NCBI GenBank assembly: GCA_032128115.1
Contig: JAQBHB010000078.1
Location: 1 to 64,000, forward strand
Length of the DNA: 64,000 nt
Reading direction: 5' to 3'
From: Deltaproteobacteria bacterium
Lineage (GTDB): Bacteria > Myxococcota_A > UBA9160 > SMWR01
The translations under genes and the position numbers were made by a program. Shown piece by piece: positions 60,650 through 64,000 of this stretch; within the stretch, counting starts at the first letter, position 1; the number at the start of each line of letters is the position of its first letter. The notes under the pieces are model-generated. The model worked only from the letters and a program-made list of their open reading frames with translations. It was not told the origin of the DNA and did no database searches.

Positions 60650-62251
60650 TCACTGCGCCGGCCGCCCGCCGGTTCGTGCGACGCGCGCGTCGGCGCTGGC
60701 CTGGATGTTCTCGGTCACGTCCACGAATTCGTAGGGGTGCCGGGCGGTGGAGAAGAAGCTGCGGTCTTCCAGCAGGCCCAGGTCGGTATCGAAGTAGCGA
60801 TCCAGAACCAGGCGAAACGCGTTCACCGGACTGATCCCTGGATACAGGGCGTCGTTGTCACCGCCGGGAAGATGGTAGGCGCTCAGGATCCCCATGGCCT
60901 CCCAGTGGTCGGTGGCGTCCGAATCGTTCCACACCAGGTTGGATCGCGGCCCGTGATCCCCGGTCAAGAGGATGATCGGGGGCTGCGGTGAATTCGCCAG
61001 GATGGCGTCGATGGTCTGGCGCAACTCGCGGTTCAGGAACACCACCTGATCCCGATAGCGCGCCCGATACTGGCGCGGCGTGAGCCCCCCCTCCCCGATC
61101 AACCAGTTGCCGTCGTGGTCGTGGAAGCGCTTGCCCGGATAGCGATTCTCGCCCGCCGGGCCGAATACGAAGGGCGGGTGCGGCGTCTCGATGTGGGCGA
61201 TGGCGAACAGCGGCGATCGCGCCCGCTCGGGAACGCCTCCCAGTTGGTTCAGGGTGAAGCGGATACGCTCGCGGAATACGTCGAAGGCGCGCCGTGCATC
61301 CCTCTCGGATCGCAAGCTGGCCAGCGGAGTGGTGTTGGCCAGCTGGTTCCGGAAGTCGTCGATGGCCTCCGCCGGCCCGAGCACCACGTCGGCCGTCTCG
61401 ATGCGCGCCGCGGGATATCCGGTGGCGAAGGCCACGGTGGTGTAGCCGCGCTCCGTCAGGAAGCGCCGCAGCCAGCTGTTCTCGATCAGGTCGTGCAGCG
61501 GGCGGTGGTCGTCGCTATCGGAACCGAGCTGCTCCACCAGGGCATCCAGATAATCCAGGTTCAGCATCGAAGCCAGCGAGAGGTCCGTCTGGCCGTAGTT
61601 CGACGACGCCCGATCCGCGACCCGGAAGCCCCTGCGACCGAGGAAGTCGACGAATGCGGCGTTGTCGTGGCCGTAGATCGACTCGAGCACGTCGGCACGC
61701 GCGTAGGCGTCCACGATGATCAGATAGATGTCGGGCCGGGGAGCGCCCTCCCGGGCCGTTGGCAGCGCCGGAAGCGGACGGCCCAGGGTGGCGCGCGGCG
61801 CGCCGCGGGACTCGATTGCAGAGCTGGCGATCTGCAGGGCCGGAATGGCCACCAATACGGCGCCCATGACGTTGGCCACCCGGGTGGCGACCGCCAGCCC
61901 CGCGCGCATCCGGATCAGCAACGCGCCCCCCACCAGGCCCGACACCGCCCAGGCGACGGCGAGCGCAAGCCCCCAGCCGTCGGGGGCCGCCAGCCGCACG
62001 AAGCCCGTGGAAACGAACAGGAACGCGGCAAGGCTCACCACGAGCCCGCCGCGCTGCCAATCTGCCATGAACCACCCGAGGGCACTCCAGGCCGTGAGCG
62101 CCACGGCCGCGGCCACCAGCACGGGAATAGCCGCGTCGGCGAGCGCGAAGCGCTCCGTGCCGCGGCTGAAGGCGAAGACCACCGGCTGGATCGCGAACAG
62201 CAGCGGGTGCAGAACGATCGGACTACTTCGGAGATCCATCGGGGGGCTCAT
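60650..62251 (-). CDS. Membrane-anchored sulfatase/LTA-synthase-like transferase
   Basis: 5 TM segments, IIVDAYARAD, SNYGQTDLSLAS, HIETPHPPF, TGDHG; start 62251 or 62239. Confidence 0.8.
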   Translation of the reverse strand: MSPPMDLRSSPIVLHPLLFAIQPVVFAFSRGTERFALADAAIPVLVAAAVALTAWSALGWFMADWQRGGLVVSLAAFLFVSTGFVRLAAPDGWGLALAVAWAVSGLVGGALLIRMRAGLAVATRVANVMGAVLVAIPALQIASSAIESRGAPRATLGRPLPALPTAREGAPRPDIYLIIVDAYARADVLESIYGHDNAAFVDFLGRRGFRVADRASSNYGQTDLSLASMLNLDYLDALVEQLGSDSDDHRPLHDLIENSWLRRFLTERGYTTVAFATGYPAARIETADVVLGPAEAIDDFRNQLANTTPLASLRSERDARRAFDVFRERIRFTLNQLGGVPERARSPLFAIAHIETPHPPFVFGPAGENRYPGKRFHDHDGNWLIGEGGLTPRQYRARYRDQVVFLNRELRQTIDAILANSPQPPIILLTGDHGPRSNLVWNDSDATDHWEAMGILSAYHLPGGDNDALYPGISPVNAFRLVLDRYFDTDLGLLEDRSFFSTARHPYEFVDVTENIQASADARVARTGGRPAQ

Positions 62252-63974
62252 ACAAGATGTAGAAGGGGGGAACGGGAGTCTTCGTCCACCCGTGCCGAGT
62301 GAGCTCTTCGGCAGCGTACGCGAAGGAACCGGCCGTGAGCCAGCGCGTATCTGCCAGGCGGGCGTCGAAGTGGCCGGATCTCTTCGCGACGGGGGAAGGC
62401 GGCATCACCGGGAGACGGTCGTGCACCCCCACAAGGACCCCGCAGGCTTCGTAACGCTCCACCAGCTGGAGCAGCCGATCCACGTGCCGGGTGTCCTGCG
62501 CGTAGCTGCGGGGGGGATCGCGAAGACCATCCGGGCGGAGCGCCAGATGAGCGGCCAGAGCCCACTGGGTGGCCGAGTCGCCCAGGATGCGACAGGACCT
62601 CCCGAACTGGCGATGCTCTTGCAGCCACCGGGCCGTTTCGTCCAGGAACAACAGTTCCCGTTCCTCGGGCGCCCGATGGAACGCGAACCAGCCGCGCCCC
62701 CGCCAGGGATACGATGCGGGGATGGCGAAGACCAGCACCGCCAGGCCAGCGGCCGCGAGCCCGATCCAGCGCTCGCGCGATCGACCCAGAGCACGGGCGA
62801 TCCCGATGCCGAGATCGCGGATGCCCACCACCAACATGAAGCTCAATGGGAAGGCATAGAGAATGCGATACGACACGCTCCCGGTCCGGATCATGGCCGC
62901 GAAGGCAAGCGCGGTCGGGGGAAACAGCAGAAACAGGGTGGGCATCAGGGTCAGCGCAGCCAGCCGCGGATGACGCCTTCGCAGCCACACCGCAAGGCCC
63001 AGCGACAGGAGCCCGTGCAGACCGTAGGTCTCGAGAAACGTGTGTCGTTGCCAGACGGCGAATCCACCGACGTACGACACCTGCGACCAGAACACGTGAT
63101 CGTAGAGGTGGGGCGCGAAACGCCTGGCGAATCCCCCGGCCGCCAGGCACAACAGCACGATTCCCAGCAGCCTGCGGTTCGCCGCGGGCCGGGCGGTGGG
63201 CGCCAGCGCCCGATACCAGGCGACTCCCAGCAGCGACCCCATGCCGATGAGGCTGAAGAGCACCTCCTGCTCGTGATTGGCCCAGGCGAGCGTCAGCAAC
63301 GGGGGTATCGCGGCCGCCGCGCGAGCATTTCCGCGGTCGAGAAAATCGATCCCGCACACCAGGATGCGCAGGAACGCGGCGTAGGCCAGGGGAGTCGACG
63401 AAAGCGCGTAGTAGCGCATCCCGAACACGTTGGTGCCGAAGAGCAATACGAAGCCAACCACCTGCAGCATCGAAAGGGCCCGGTCGAATCCCAGGCGACG
63501 CGACAGCGCATAGACCTGGGAGGCGACGAGCATCTGCCAGAAGGCGGCGTAGAAATCGAGAGCCACCCGACGGCCTTCGATCGGCAGCCACTTCACCAGC
63601 GTGTAGCCCCAGAAGTAGGCGAACTTGTGGCGTTGCGGTCCGTCGGCCACGAAATCGGTGGCGGACCACTGGAACAGTCGCCGCAGGTGTTCCCAGGGAT
63701 CCGCCGGATATTCCAGATAGGCGCCCGGCAGCAGGAAGATCCCCAGGAGGATCGACCAGAACACCAGATCCGGGAGTCGCAAGCGATGGCGTTGGGTGGC
63801 CGCATAGACCGTGAACAGTCCGAGATTCACGGCGTGCAGCGCGACGAAGAGCCCCGTCAGGATTCGAACGGGGATGCCCGCGACCCAGGCGAACGCGTAG
63901 AGCGCCAGGTAGGGCAGGAAGAAGAAGCACCCGTTTCCGAACGACAGTTCGGCGAGGGCGACCAGCGCGCGCAC
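62223..63974 (-). CDS. Polytopic membrane protein, possible GT-C-fold glycosyltransferase
   Basis: 10 or more TM segments; EYPADPWEH first-loop acidic motif; TATCCT 6 nt before GTG. Confidence 0.6.
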   Translation of the reverse strand: MRALVALAELSFGNGCFFFLPYLALYAFAWVAGIPVRILTGLFVALHAVNLGLFTVYAATQRHRLRLPDLVFWSILLGIFLLPGAYLEYPADPWEHLRRLFQWSATDFVADGPQRHKFAYFWGYTLVKWLPIEGRRVALDFYAAFWQMLVASQVYALSRRLGFDRALSMLQVVGFVLLFGTNVFGMRYYALSSTPLAYAAFLRILVCGIDFLDRGNARAAAAIPPLLTLAWANHEQEVLFSLIGMGSLLGVAWYRALAPTARPAANRRLLGIVLLCLAAGGFARRFAPHLYDHVFWSQVSYVGGFAVWQRHTFLETYGLHGLLSLGLAVWLRRRHPRLAALTLMPTLFLLFPPTALAFAAMIRTGSVSYRILYAFPLSFMLVVGIRDLGIGIARALGRSRERWIGLAAAGLAVLVFAIPASYPWRGRGWFAFHRAPEERELLFLDETARWLQEHRQFGRSCRILGDSATQWALAAHLALRPDGLRDPPRSYAQDTRHVDRLLQLVERYEACGVLVGVHDRLPVMPPSPVAKRSGHFDARLADTRWLTAGSFAYAAEELTRHGWTKTPVPPFYILYEPPDGSPK

Positions 63975-64000
63975 CCCGCGAGGATAGCGGCGCGCGAGGC

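Overview
A GC-rich, gene-dense bacterial chromosomal window with about 50 CDSs. I found no rRNA, tRNA, CRISPR array or recognisable mobile element. The gene content (paired acyl-CoA dehydrogenases, F420-type LLM oxidoreductase, GT87 and sulfatase-like membrane proteins, DUF2330, CHAT/CHASE2) suggests an uncultured Myxococcota/deltaproteobacterial-type organism (inference only). Most genes are lipid/aromatic catabolism, ABC export and envelope modification. Highlights: (1) a hidden AhpD-like selenoprotein (51606-50413, minus) that the ORF track splits at an in-frame TGA; the TGA sits in a C-F-Y-U-x-x-x-H motif and is followed by a bacterial SECIS-type hairpin; the gene lies 21 nt downstream of an in-frame RnfD-like::DUF2330 fusion; (2) a three-gene minus-strand operon (20337-10807) of exported kinase-fold proteins: a degenerate CotH/beta-helix protein and two ~1190-aa paralogous atypical kinases; (3) a TpsB-CHAT protease-CHASE2 cyclase-2xDUF928 module with no TpsA, non-canonical cyclase residues and a divergent Crp regulator; (4) helically phased repeat arrays, a SixA-CYTH fusion, CTG starts and several probable leaderless genes. 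All family assignments come from motif recognition by eye; no searches were run.
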